From Pelagomonas calceolata (lineage: Eukaryota): 64,000 nucleotides of DNA. The notes beneath the pieces were generated by a model. It did not search any database and was not told the DNA's origin. It was given only the letters and a program-made list of their open reading frames with translations. Location: the NCBI GenBank assembly GCA_918797485.1, contig CAKKNE010000004.1:2232001-2296000 (forward strand), in the 5' to 3' direction. The stretch's first letter is position 1; each line of letters starts with the position of its first letter. The translations under genes were made by a program, and so were the position numbers. Shown piece by piece: positions 9,976-20,434 of the stretch.

Positions 9976-12408
9976 ATGGCAAAGGCAAAGAAGCCAACGA
10001 AGCGCAGCGCGGAGTTCGCGAAGCAGGTCAAGGCCGGGACCGCCAAGAAGCGCAAGGCGAAGCCCGCCAAGCAGCGCAAAAAAGCCGAACGCGTCTACAG
10101 TTACAAGCCGAGACCGCAAAAGGAAGAAAAAATGCCGTCCGCGAGAGGAGGCGACCGCCGCCCGAAGCGGCCGCCGCCGACGGGCCCCGAGATGGACGCC
10201 GTCGCGCGCGAGGTCCTGGCCGCCTCCGGCCCGGCGCGCCTCGAGGCCGTGCGGCGGGGCGAGCGCCGCCTCGCGGCCGTCGAGTCGAGTCGAGCCGGCG
10301 TGCCGGCGGCCGCGCATTTGGCGCGGGCCGTGCGCGACGCGCGGTTGAGCGGGTGCAGCGGTTCAAATGGAGAGAAGGGGCTGGAGGACGCCGCGCGGCA
10401 GGCCTGGCGCGCGCAGCGCATTTTATTACAGCCCGCGCTCCACGTCGCGCGGCAAGCGAATTCCGAGGGCAAGGCGGCGCTGCGCGGCGTTGTCGATGAA
10501 GGTGTGAAAGCTTTTGCGCCGATCCTGGGCGACGCGTTGCAAGGCAACCGCGTCGGCCAGGCGCACGAGCTGTTGATGGCTTTAGGTGATCTCGAAAGGT
10601 ATAGAGAAACGCTCGTGGATAATGGGGGTCACAGCGCGCGCGTCTGTTATTTGAGGGCGTTACGTTTGAAACCAGCGAAGGGCCGCGCCGCGGGCAACGT
10701 CGGCGCGCTCTGCGACGCTTCTGATAAACCGGAGGAGGCGGCGCACTGGTACCTGCGGGCGGGCTGCGCGCGCGAGCCCTATGGCGACGCGCCCAAAGCA
10801 TTAAGACGGGCCGCGGCGGAGGCCCAGCGGCGCCTTACATTTATCAAGGAGCCGCGGATACAGGACGCCGAGGCCTACCTCGCGGCCGCGGCGTGCGCCG
10901 TCTGCCACGGGCCCCGGGAGCGCGCCGCCGCGGACGCGTTGATGGAGCTGGAGCGGGCCGGCGGGCAAGCGAGAGCGGTCTTGAGACGGACGGTATCAAA
11001 AGCGCAGGCCGACGATTTGGCACGGGTCGTCGCGACGGCTTGTGTGTTAGCGCGGCGCGCGGCCGTGACCTGCGACGCGCCGACGGTGGCCGCCGCCCAT
11101 TTAGTGTGCGACCAGATCTGCGAGGCGGCTTTGGATGGGGCCCTGGCGAACGATTCCACGAAACGCCGCGCGGCGCCGGCCGCGCTCGTTGGTCTAAGAT
11201 GGCTCGCGGCGACGACTTATAGAGCACCAAAAGGCAAGGCCGCGGCTCGCCTAGCGGAGTTCGCGCGGGCTTGTCCATCGAACGCGTCTTCGGCCGCATG
11301 CTCATTAGATGACGACCTGCGCACGGCCGGCATCTTCGACGACGCGCCGTGCCTGCGCACGACCGACGTCACGGCCGTCGAGAAGAATGTCGATAGATGC
11401 CACGCGGAGCGGTGCCGGCGCCTCGTCGCGCTCGCGGCGGAGATGGACGTAAAGGCTCCGGGGGCGCCCGCGCCGTTCAAGACGTCCGACATGGCCGGCG
11501 TCCTCGACGCCCTGGGCGTCGCGCCGCCGCCGGCGCCGGCGCCGGCGCCGCGCACCGCCCCCTCGGCCTACGAGCCGGCGCCGCGCGACCGCGCAGAATC
11601 CGACTTACTACAGGCCGCCGCGAGCGCGCACCTGGCGGCGGCCGTGCCCGCGCCGCCGGCGGCGTTCCAGTCATCGGCGGAGGCGCGGCGGCCCTGGACG
11701 CGGCCGCGGTCGCCCGCGGCGCAGCCGGAAGGGCGCCGGTCGCCGGCGCTGCCGGAGCCGGGCCTCGCGCCGGACGCGCGGCGGCCCTGGTCGCGGCCCG
11801 CGCAGCGGCCCGCGCCGCCCGCGCCCGCGCCGCCCGCGGCCCCGCCGCCGCCGCCGCCCGCGCCGTCGGTCCAGCCCGTGCTCCCGATGCCGGGCGCGCC
11901 GCCCTTCCTGTTCGTGGTCGACGCGTCGAACGTGGCCTTGAGGCACGGCCGCAACGAGGCGTTCAGCTGTCGCGGCGTCGAGATCTGCCTCGACTACCTG
12001 GGGAGGCGGTTCCCGGGCGCGCGCGTCGCGCTCTTTTTGCCCGACTACTTGTTGGACGCGAGGAAGGTCGCCGCGAAGAAGAAGCTAGGTGGCAGGCCCG
12101 CGGAGACGCCGGACGACGTCGTCTACCTGCAGGGCCTCCAGAGGCGCGGCGTCCTCTTCGGCACGCCGTCGCAGGATTATGATGATGCCTACCAGATCGA
12201 GTACGCGCGGAACCACGACGGCGTCATCATCTCGAACGACCTGTTCCGCGACGCGGTCGACAAGCAGCCCTTCATGCAGCGGGCGGCCTTCCGGAGGTGG
12301 CTCCAGGAGCACGTGCTCTCGTTCACGTTCATCGGCGACGAGTTCTGCCCGAACCCCGAGTTCCAGCTGCCATTTTTAGCAAGGGGGCCGGTGTCAATAC
12401 TACAATAG
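9976..12408 (+). CDS. EST1/SMG5-7-like helical domain plus C-terminal Zc3h12a/Regnase-type NYN (PIN) ribonuclease
   Basis: LGDLERYRE..CYLRALRLKPAKGRAAGNVGAL..WYLRA..PY; VVDASNVA..FSCRGV..DYDDAY..IISNDLFRD. Confidence 0.8.
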   Translation: MAKAKKPTKRSAEFAKQVKAGTAKKRKAKPAKQRKKAERVYSYKPRPQKEEKMPSARGGDRRPKRPPPTGPEMDAVAREVLAASGPARLEAVRRGERRLAAVESSRAGVPAAAHLARAVRDARLSGCSGSNGEKGLEDAARQAWRAQRILLQPALHVARQANSEGKAALRGVVDEGVKAFAPILGDALQGNRVGQAHELLMALGDLERYRETLVDNGGHSARVCYLRALRLKPAKGRAAGNVGALCDASDKPEEAAHWYLRAGCAREPYGDAPKALRRAAAEAQRRLTFIKEPRIQDAEAYLAAAACAVCHGPRERAAADALMELERAGGQARAVLRRTVSKAQADDLARVVATACVLARRAAVTCDAPTVAAAHLVCDQICEAALDGALANDSTKRRAAPAALVGLRWLAATTYRAPKGKAAARLAEFARACPSNASSAACSLDDDLRTAGIFDDAPCLRTTDVTAVEKNVDRCHAERCRRLVALAAEMDVKAPGAPAPFKTSDMAGVLDALGVAPPPAPAPAPRTAPSAYEPAPRDRAESDLLQAAASAHLAAAVPAPPAAFQSSAEARRPWTRPRSPAAQPEGRRSPALPEPGLAPDARRPWSRPAQRPAPPAPAPPAAPPPPPPAPSVQPVLPMPGAPPFLFVVDASNVALRHGRNEAFSCRGVEICLDYLGRRFPGARVALFLPDYLLDARKVAAKKKLGGRPAETPDDVVYLQGLQRRGVLFGTPSQDYDDAYQIEYARNHDGVIISNDLFRDAVDKQPFMQRAAFRRWLQEHVLSFTFIGDEFCPNPEFQLPFLARGPVSILQ

Positions 12409-12411
12409 TTA

Positions 12412-15366
12412 CTATGCTTCAGCCCCTCCGTAAGGCGGAGAGTCTACACTCGCCGGCGCGCTTGGAGGCCGCGCGAGCCCCCGCGGCGCCGGCGTCGTCG
12501 CGACCGGATCCAGGCGCCACGACGCCGCCCGTTTTTCGGACGCGGCAGCTTTCTCTTTGGGAGGACATAACCGCCGCCAGAGAAACCACAGGTTGCCCTG
12601 TTCCCGCTCGGGCCCAATCACATGCAAAAGGGGCACGTACAGACCCAGCGCTAATGAAATAGACAGCGCGATCGTGAAGACGATCAAGCAGGCCATCTGG
12701 ACGAAGAACGTGAGTTGGCACGCGAACATGAGGGACGCCGCGCCGGCCGTCGTCACGGCGCCCGCAAACACGGTACGACCCATCTTCCGCAGCGCGTACG
12801 CGGTCCTTTCATCTCTCGTGGCCAGATGGGCGTGGAAGCGCGCGTGGTCGTACATGTGGCCCAGGTGGATCGTGTAGTCGACAGCTAATCCAATCACGAT
12901 GACGCCGGCGACGGACTCGCGGATGCCCAGCGACCATCCTAGTAAATAGCACAACCCCAATACTCCAGAAACGACGCAGCCGATGACCACGATCGCATAT
13001 AAAGAGAGAATCACGTTCCGCGTCGCTGCGGTTAACACCAGAAACGCCACGGGAAAGCCAATACTAATCCCCGTCGTCAGCCCTCGCACCAACGCGACTT
13101 GGGTCTCGTACCAGAGCCAGGCCCCGCTCACTTGGAACGCCTTGTCCGGTCGCAAAAACGGCGCGTCCAACTGTTGTATTTTTTTAAGCAACTTTTGAGC
13201 CCGCCGCAACGTCTTCTTTCTCTCATCAATGGCCGCCCCCTGCGTCATCGAGATGCGGCCGTCGATCCTCACGTATTTGAGTTCACCATTCACGATACCA
13301 ACAGGCGCCTTCCAGGCGCCGTGTAATTTGTTCGAAGGTTGCGTGGAATCACGGAAGAGGGCTAACCTCGAATCAAAGGTCGCCCTGTCCATTGCAGTAC
13401 TAGCATACGTTTCCGTTTGCCATTGCTGAAACTCGCGCAGAAAACATAGAGTGGTATTGGGCCGCACGAGCGCCGCGAAGGTCTCCACTAGATGACAAGC
13501 TTGGAGGAAGGCGTCCTGCGCCTCGTATAGGTCAATAGCGACGTAGTCAGGGGACGCCAGTCGCTTCGAAGGCACATACGGATCAAAATCATCCCGAGAC
13601 ACGCCCTCGATCCCAAAGACGACATGAAATGCATCGTAGGCCTGGTCCTCGTTGGCGCCGTAGGCGCCTCCATTACTACCGCCTATCAAGTCGGCGACTT
13701 GCTGGAACATGTGCTTCTGCGAGAACCACTCTTCCGGTTCTCTCGGTGGTTCGAGGCGTGACGCGAGGTAGGCCGCCGTGCAGGAGAGGCCGCCTAGCAC
13801 CAATACCAAAATCTTGGCTATGATTTTCTTCCTCCACGAAAGGATGGTCAAATAACGTTCAACACACGTACCGCCCTCCACGATCTCCGTGCGACTACAC
13901 GTACAGCACTTTGAGGAGTTATGGTGCCAAATTAACACGGCGGGCAGCATCGTCATCGCCAGCACATAGTTCATCAGGACACATATAGCAGCATAAATCC
14001 CAAACGCGGCAATGGGCATGATCGGACTAATCGCCGTGGCTAGGAACGCGGCCGCCGTCGTCAATGACGTGTTCGCCATCGATTGTAAGGCTCTAGCATA
14101 GGCGTACTGCAACCTCTTATGTGTATCATCGTGTAAAAGCAATGACTGCTTCCAGGCATCCACAAAAACGAAACAGTCGTCCGCGCCGATGCCCAGTATG
14201 ACAAAGACTACAAGAATTTGCATGCCCGCGAAATAACTGATGCGGAACACTACCCTGTAAAAGAATAACGACAGAGGTAGCGACACGCTTATTTGGAGCA
14301 TGGCCATACTCCCCACAAAGCATGACCCCAGATGATACATGAGATAGCACCAGACAAATAGCACCGACGCGAACGCGACGAGAAAGTCCTCATTCACTAA
14401 TCTAGAGAACTCGCGCTGCGCCAGAGGCTGGGCGAACCACAGTACACTCATACCTGACGATCGAGCGGCCTGGTTGTACTTGCTGTTGAGCGTGTGGCCT
14501 TCCATGTCGTAGGAGCGCCACAAGGCTTGCTCCATCACGCTGCCCAACTTTTCCTGCATCTCCAGGGCCTGGTCGTCGCCTATTTTCGAGGTTTCGTCAT
14601 AGCCTGTTAGCGGTGTTCCTAGGTAGATGATGGACCTTGCTTTACACGCGTAGCCTCTTTGGAATGCGTGCTTGTCCACGAAGAAGACATTGCCTTGGAG
14701 CGCCGCCCACCCTTGGTCGATTCGCGCTTGATCCAACAATGAACAGGGCGCATCATCATAAAAAAATTGGAGCACCGACGCACTACGTGTCGCACAAGTA
14801 CCGTTCACCAGCAAGCAGTAGTCCTCTTGATACTCCTTATTGGACGTCAGGATCTCCTCGGCGAGGCACATGGCCCGCAACCGTTGGGGCGTGAAGATGC
14901 CCCCGTCGCAGTTCGCATCCCTATTCCACGGCTCGGAGTCGTAAAAGTAGTAGAAGGGAAACGTCGCGTCTCCCCTCGTAGTTAATGCTTTCGACTCGTC
15001 GGCCTCGTCCTCTGCACTCATCATGGCATCCCTCAACAAAGTATACTCGTCATCAGGACACTCCCAGTCGTAGGGCGACGGGACCGTGATCGAGAAGTTA
15101 TCCAAGTAGGTCGCGTACATAGCGAGTACCGTTATCAGTAATATGCTCACCACGACGCGCCGCGGGTACTGAACGAAGACCGAAGTGCACCGCCCCACAT
15201 AATCATCTTTGATCTCGACCTCGATGTCTTCAAAGTCCTCTTCCTCGGACTTGTCGTCGTCTTGGTGGATCACGTCAAAGGCCTCGTCGAGCACTAGTCC
15301 TTGCTGTGGTTTTGCTTGAGCACTCTGGGCCATGACCTCGTCATAGGTGAGGCCCGCCGTGGCCAT
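12412..15366 (-). CDS. Patched/Dispatched-family (RND, sterol-sensing) membrane transporter
   Basis: 984 aa with about 12 TM segments; GIGADDCFVFVDAWKQS and IGLAVDYTIHL motifs. Confidence 0.9.
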   Translation of the reverse strand: MATAGLTYDEVMAQSAQAKPQQGLVLDEAFDVIHQDDDKSEEEDFEDIEVEIKDDYVGRCTSVFVQYPRRVVVSILLITVLAMYATYLDNFSITVPSPYDWECPDDEYTLLRDAMMSAEDEADESKALTTRGDATFPFYYFYDSEPWNRDANCDGGIFTPQRLRAMCLAEEILTSNKEYQEDYCLLVNGTCATRSASVLQFFYDDAPCSLLDQARIDQGWAALQGNVFFVDKHAFQRGYACKARSIIYLGTPLTGYDETSKIGDDQALEMQEKLGSVMEQALWRSYDMEGHTLNSKYNQAARSSGMSVLWFAQPLAQREFSRLVNEDFLVAFASVLFVWCYLMYHLGSCFVGSMAMLQISVSLPLSLFFYRVVFRISYFAGMQILVVFVILGIGADDCFVFVDAWKQSLLLHDDTHKRLQYAYARALQSMANTSLTTAAAFLATAISPIMPIAAFGIYAAICVLMNYVLAMTMLPAVLIWHHNSSKCCTCSRTEIVEGGTCVERYLTILSWRKKIIAKILVLVLGGLSCTAAYLASRLEPPREPEEWFSQKHMFQQVADLIGGSNGGAYGANEDQAYDAFHVVFGIEGVSRDDFDPYVPSKRLASPDYVAIDLYEAQDAFLQACHLVETFAALVRPNTTLCFLREFQQWQTETYASTAMDRATFDSRLALFRDSTQPSNKLHGAWKAPVGIVNGELKYVRIDGRISMTQGAAIDERKKTLRRAQKLLKKIQQLDAPFLRPDKAFQVSGAWLWYETQVALVRGLTTGISIGFPVAFLVLTAATRNVILSLYAIVVIGCVVSGVLGLCYLLGWSLGIRESVAGVIVIGLAVDYTIHLGHMYDHARFHAHLATRDERTAYALRKMGRTVFAGAVTTAGAASLMFACQLTFFVQMACLIVFTIALSISLALGLYVPLLHVIGPEREQGNLWFLWRRLCPPKEKAAASEKRAASWRLDPVATTPAPRGLARPPSAPASVDSPPYGGAEA

Positions 15367-15872
15367 TGTTCACTGCTGTGCGATTGAGGCGCACGGAGAA
15401 TGGAGTAGTGATGCTGCGTGCAGTGGTATGGTAACTGCACTATGGTTGTTCTGGCTTTTCATGCATGAATGCTGTGTTCGCGATCGCTGGCGCGGCTCGC
15501 GGCTGCAGGGGCAGCACCTAAGTCATCACCCCATCATGGAATGGAGCAATTCGGAAACGCATGAGAACTACCGGTGCACGGAGTCTTCTAAATCGACCCC
15601 GGGGAGGATTCTATCGAGCTGTGAATTTTTTCTCGACAAACAAATCGGGTTTTTTCTCGACTCGCGCGGGCGCCGGCTTTTTCTCAAAGCGCGGGCGCAT
15701 AGATTGCGCGGCAACAACAGACGCGTTCAACGCAACGCGCAGACGCAGCGCTACTCGCGCCGCGGGCAAAAGCGCGCACAGCGAAGCCACAAGGCGGTCA
15801 GCGGCGACCCCCCCCAACCAGCGCAGCGCGCGCGCACACGACGCCGCGCACGCCGCCGCCGCGCGTTGAATC

Positions 15873-16487
15873 ATGTCCATCCTCCAGCATAATGGGGCCG
15901 CAATAATTTGCATGGCCGGCAAGAATTGCGTGGCCATCGCCGCCGACACGCGCTTCGGCCTCCAACAACAAACAGTAGCGTGTGATTTCGAGAAGGTCTT
16001 CAAGATGTCCGACCGGATGTTTGTGGGGTTGGCGGGGCTGGCGACGGACGTCCAAACTCTGAGAAACACTTTAAAGTTCAAGCTCGCCCTCTACGAGTTA
16101 CGAGAGGAACGGGTCATGAAGCCGGAAGCGTTTTCTGCATTGTTATCACACATGCTCTACGAGAAGCGCTTCGGGCCCTACTTCGTCGAGCCCGTCGTGT
16201 GTGGCCTGAAGGACGACGGGAGCCCCTTCCTCTGCGGCATGGACCTGATCGGTGCCCCCGTGTACACTGATGATTACGTCGTCTCGGGCACGTGCACGCC
16301 GAACCTCAACGGCATGTGCGAGTCCATGTGGCGTCCCGACATGGCGCCCGACGAGCTCTTCGAGACGATCTCCCAGTGCCTCCTGGCGTCCGTCGATCGA
16401 GACGCCCTGTCGGGCTGGGGCGCCGTCGTCCACGTGATCACGCCGCAGGGGATCACGTCGAAGTCGCTCAAGGGGCGCATGGACTAG
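15873..16487 (+). CDS. PSMB3: 20S proteasome subunit beta-3
   Basis: MSILQHNGAAIICMAGKNCVAIAADTRFG...YEKRFGPYF...DRDALSGWG...LKGRMD. Confidence 0.97.
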   Translation: MSILQHNGAAIICMAGKNCVAIAADTRFGLQQQTVACDFEKVFKMSDRMFVGLAGLATDVQTLRNTLKFKLALYELREERVMKPEAFSALLSHMLYEKRFGPYFVEPVVCGLKDDGSPFLCGMDLIGAPVYTDDYVVSGTCTPNLNGMCESMWRPDMAPDELFETISQCLLASVDRDALSGWGAVVHVITPQGITSKSLKGRMD

Positions 16488-16503
16488 TCTTCATAAGTTA
16501 TTA

Positions 16504-16968
16504 TTACTGCTCGATGGGGTCGCCGTTCTCGTCGAGGCCAAAGTCCTTCCAGAGCTCGGGCGCGATGACGTCCTTGAGCGCCATGCCCTCGCCGACGGTC
16601 ATGGCCTGCGGGGGACGTCGCGTCGATTGCGTTTCGGATGTGACTTCTATAATCCGGCGTGGCGTCCACGTTTCAGATTTTGCCTTCCGCGCGGGTCGTA
16701 CGGCCGGCGTCACGCGGCCCGACGCGTCCTTCTTGTAGTCGATGCCGCTGTCGAGGACGTCCTCGTACGACGGGTCGTCGTCGACCTGCGCGGACCGTCG
16801 TCGCCGGCGTCAACGGCAGTTTATCAGTGTATTTTCAGAGACTCGGGGGCCCACGTTGCCTCGTTCCCGGGGGTCCGCGTTGTAGGCCTTTGTGAGCCTC
16901 GGCCTCGACGGCTGGGCCACAAATGCGGCGCAGAGCGCCGCAGAGCATAGTAGCAGAACGGCACGCAT
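16504..16968 (-). CDS. Small (about 99 aa) putatively plastid-targeted protein, 3 exons (16968-16855, 16785-16702, 16605-16504)
   Basis: MRAVLLLCSAALCAA-FVAQP bipartite signal; GT-AG introns 16786-16854 and 16606-16701 give a continuous acidic frame; intron 2 is 3n without a stop, so less certain. Confidence 0.6.
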
Positions 16969-17100
16969 GCTGTCTAGTGTTTCGGCACGCTTCGGCTACG
17001 TGGTGGAAACGGTCTCAGGGGTCGCGTGCTCGTTGCGTGGCTTCGCGTTGCAGTGGATGCTGCAAACAGGCCGTGCTGCTGCTCGGCCTAATAATAATAG

Positions 17101-17122
17101 CTAGCGTCATGTAAGACACTAG
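17101..17122 (+). promoter_or_regulatory. CTAG-box element (type A)
   Basis: ctagcgtcatgtaagacactag; 28-bp identity with the copy at 54727; between divergent starts 16968 and 17272. Confidence 0.65.
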
Positions 17123-17271
17123 CAAGGATTGTCATCGACAGCCGTATCTTCCACGCCGCGCGGACCGGCGATTTCGATCACACGACCGGTGTTAGCGTCT
17201 TCACCCCGGTGGAAGATACTCCGCGTGCCTGAGCGGCAGCCGCTTCGATGCGGCAGCGCTGGGCAGCCCGG

Positions 17272-20140
17272 ATGGACCAGAGCCAGGGGGAGACGACGAT
17301 GGCGGCCCAGCAACAGGTCGTGCGCGTCAAAGTGCCGCAGGGCGCCACGGTGGGCAGCACCGTGCAGGCGACGCTGCCGAACGGCCAACAGGTGAAGGTC
17401 CAGCTGCCGCCCGGCGTCGTGCCGGGCCAGGTCATCAGCATCGCGGTCCAGGCCGCGGCGTCGCCGCGGACGACACAAAATTTGCCGCCGCAGGCCGCCA
17501 GCAATGTACAAGCGATGAAGGCCGTGCGGCTCACCGTGCCCGCGACTATACCGGCTTCTAGAACAATACGATTCACGCTCGACGGTACCGTACACGAAGT
17601 TCCACTACCACCCGGTGCGCGGCCCGGGCAGACGCTGGACCTGCAGGTGCCGGCGGCGGCGCCGCAGCCCGTCAAAAAGAAGAGCTCGTCTTGGTTCGGG
17701 TCCAAGACAAAAAAGAAGAGCGGGAAGAAGCCCGAGGCGGCGCCGCCGCCGCCGGGCACGCGGCGCGTCCGCGTCGTCGTGCCCCCGAACCTCGGCGCCG
17801 CGACGAGCTTCGGCATCAGCGTCGACGGCGTCTCGATGGTGGTGAACGTCCCGAAGGGCGTCAAGGCGGGCGAATCCGTCAACGTCGACGTGCCGCTGCC
17901 GACGGGCACCGCGCGCGAGGTGGCGCCGGCGCCGAGCCCCGCCGCGCCCGCACCGGCGCCGGCGCCCGGGGGCGGCTGGTTCGGCTCGTCGGAGCCGGCG
18001 CCGGCGCCGGCGCCCAAGCGGGGTTGGTTCGCCTCGCTCACGGGGCGCGACCGGCCGGCGGGCGAGGACGCGCCGCCGCCGTCGGCGCTCAAGAGACACG
18101 CCGAGACGTCGAGCGTCGTGCAGAACGGCATGACGGTCGCGAGCGCTTTGCTCTCCGCCGGCAGCAGCCTCCCGCTCGTCGGGCGGCTCTGCGAAGCGGC
18201 TCAGTCCTGCCTTGGCTCGGCCGAGGAATTCTCGGAGAAGGCCGACGACGTCCTGGTCGCGGCGAAGCGCGTCGTCGACGTGCTCAACGTCGTCCAGATG
18301 ATGGTCCGGAACGTGGACAATCTCGCGGAGGGCCGCGAGTTGGTGGAGCAGGCGATGCGGGAGCTCGTGGACCTGCTCGTCGAGTTCAACGCCGCCGTTC
18401 GCAAGTTCGGCAAAAAAGGTTGGCTCAAGCGCGCGTTCAAGATGCAGAGCCACGTCAAGACGCTCGGGCGGTTGGACAAGCGCGTCGTCGCGCAGCTGCA
18501 GATCTTCCGGGACGTCTACCGGCTGTCGGTGCCTGTGCCATAAATCAAATTGTCGCGGCGTCTCCAGCTCGATCGGCCGCATCACTGTTTGATTTGCGCA
18601 CAGGTCGGTCGACCATCTCATGATGGAGCGGACGTACCGGATCGAAGCGTCGGTGGGGCAGCTCGTGGCGGAGCGCGTGCGCGCGACCGGCGACCCCGAG
18701 GGCAAGGTCGTGGCGGTGCTCTCCGACGACCCCGCGGCGGTCGCGCGCGTCGCCGCGGATGGCCGCGTGGCCGCGTCGGAACTGTCCAGCGAGCTCCAGG
18801 AGTTCAGGTTGGAGGTCAAGGAGGGCCTCGGGAACCTGGACAAGAAGATGCAAGAGATGCTGGCCGGGCGGGACGGCGACAAGGAGGAACTCGCCGCCAT
18901 CGCGACGGCCGTCAACGCGGCCGCGGCGCGTGACGAAGAACTGCTGCGGGCCGTGGAGGCGAGCGCGGCGCGCGACGACGCGATCCTGGCGGCCGTCGAG
19001 GCCGGCGCAACGCGCGACGCGGACCTGAAACAGCAGGTCCAGGGGCTCAGCGACTCGCTGCGGCGGAAGACGAAGAAGGAGGCCGTGCGCCAGCTCAAAG
19101 ACGCTCAACTAGAGCGCTACGAGCGTCAGCTCGACTACGTCGAGGACGAGCCGTTCGCGACTGTGTGGACATCAAATTTCGGGCGCCCCACGCCGTCGAC
19201 GCGACGTGCTTTCTGCGCAATGATAACCTAACTCACTGGCTGATTTCCACACAGGTTCGCCAAGGGCGGCGAGGGCGAGGTCTTCATGGCCGAGTATCAG
19301 GGCGAAAGCGTCGTGCTCAAGAAGATGTCGCTCGTGGGCATGACGGCGACCAAGCGCCAGAGAATGCTCAATCACTTCAAGAGCGAGCTCGCGATCATGA
19401 CGCAGCTGCGGTCGCCGCGCGTCGCCCGCTTCTACGGCGTGGTCACGACGGATACGACGTTCCTCGGCCTCGTGATGGAGTACTGCGCCGGGGGGTCCCT
19501 CCGCGCGTGTCTCGACGGCGAATCGGGCAAGGTCACCGCCGACCTGCAGCGCGTCTGGGGCCTCGACGTGGCCCTGGGGATGGCGCACTTGTACTCGCAG
19601 GGCGTCGAGCACCGCGACCTCAAGGCGCTGAACGTATTGCTGACGAGCAACCTCCGCGGCAAGGTGACGGATTTTGGTTTGTCCAAATGCGACGACCTGC
19701 GCACGACGCAAACCACACAGGGCGGGGGCGGCGCCGCGGGCACGAGCGCGTTCATGGCGCCGGAGTTGTTGGAAGACAACACGTTTACGGAGAAGAGCGA
19801 CGTGTACTCGTACGCCATCGTGCTGTGGGAAATCTGGAGCCGCCAAGTCCCGTGGAGCGACCTGCGGCCGATGCAGATCATGAGAAAGGTCGTCGACAAG
19901 CGCGAACGGCCGCCCGTGCCGGCCGGGATGCCGGCCGAGCTCCGGGAGCTCATGGTCCGCTCGTGGACGCACCAGCCGGCGGACCGGCCGGACTTCGCGG
20001 AAATCGAAGCACAACTCAAGGCTTCGACGCCGCGCCGGGCGCCCGGCGGGCCGGCGAGGTGGGGCTCTGGCGCCGTCGACGCGGAGCGCGACTCGGCGCA
20101 GGGTGTGACGGGCCGCGTGTTCGGGGGGTGGCTTGGCTAA
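17272..20140 (+). CDS. TKL-type protein kinase with MLKL-NTD-like helical domain and coiled coil; exons 17272-18524, 18604-19152, 19255-20140 (about 895 aa)
   Basis: Splicing two introner introns joins three ORFs in frame (RLSVDHLM; EPFAKGGEGEVF); VVLKK, HRDLKALN, DFG and APE motifs intact. Confidence 0.85.
18525..18603 (+). mobile_element. Introner-derived GT-AG intron (79 bp)
   Basis: TSD-like gtcggtgc/gtcggtcg; ends ctgtgccataaatcaaa...tttgatttgcgcacag; removal restores the frame. Confidence 0.8.
19153..19254 (+). mobile_element. Introner-derived GT-AG intron (102 bp)
   Basis: TSD gttcgcga/gttcgcca (7/8); TIRs ctgtgtggacatca / tgatttccacacag; removal rebuilds the kinase Gly-loop. Confidence 0.9.
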
Positions 20141-20174
20141 GAGGGATTAATTCAACTCGACGGCAATTCAACTC

Positions 20175-20308
20175 GAGAGAGAGAGCCACTTATTGAAACC
20201 ACCCCCAGGTAGTATGGACCCCGAACGCTTCGCCACTGTGTCTCAGAGAGAGAGAGAGAGAGCCACTTATTGAACCCACCCCCAGGTAGTACGGACCCCA
20301 TACGCTTC
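20175..20308. repeat. Two about 57-bp direct repeats, each headed by (GA)n, period 77 bp
   Basis: gagagagccacttattgaa(a/c)ccacccccaggtagta(t/c)ggacccc..acgcttc x2; preceded by aattcaactcga x2. Confidence 0.9.
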
Positions 20309-20314
20309 TCGTTA

Positions 20315-20335
20315 CTAGCGGCGGTAAGACACTAG
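20315..20335 (+). promoter_or_regulatory. CTAG-box element (type A)
   Basis: ctagcggcggtaagacactag with tta/taa inverted flanks; 100 bp upstream of ATG 20435. Confidence 0.6.
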
Positions 20336-20434
20336 TAAGCGTTGCCCCCGGCGCTGTGGTCTGCGTGAAGGGCTGCCTCTCGAACGCCGTCGACGCGACA
20401 CCATAGCATGTAGCCAGCCACCCACAAAAAAGCC

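Noticed and set aside
20175..20308. CRISPR-like repeat-spacer appearance (also 42295-42385)
   Set aside because: Only two copies, eukaryotic context, no cas genes
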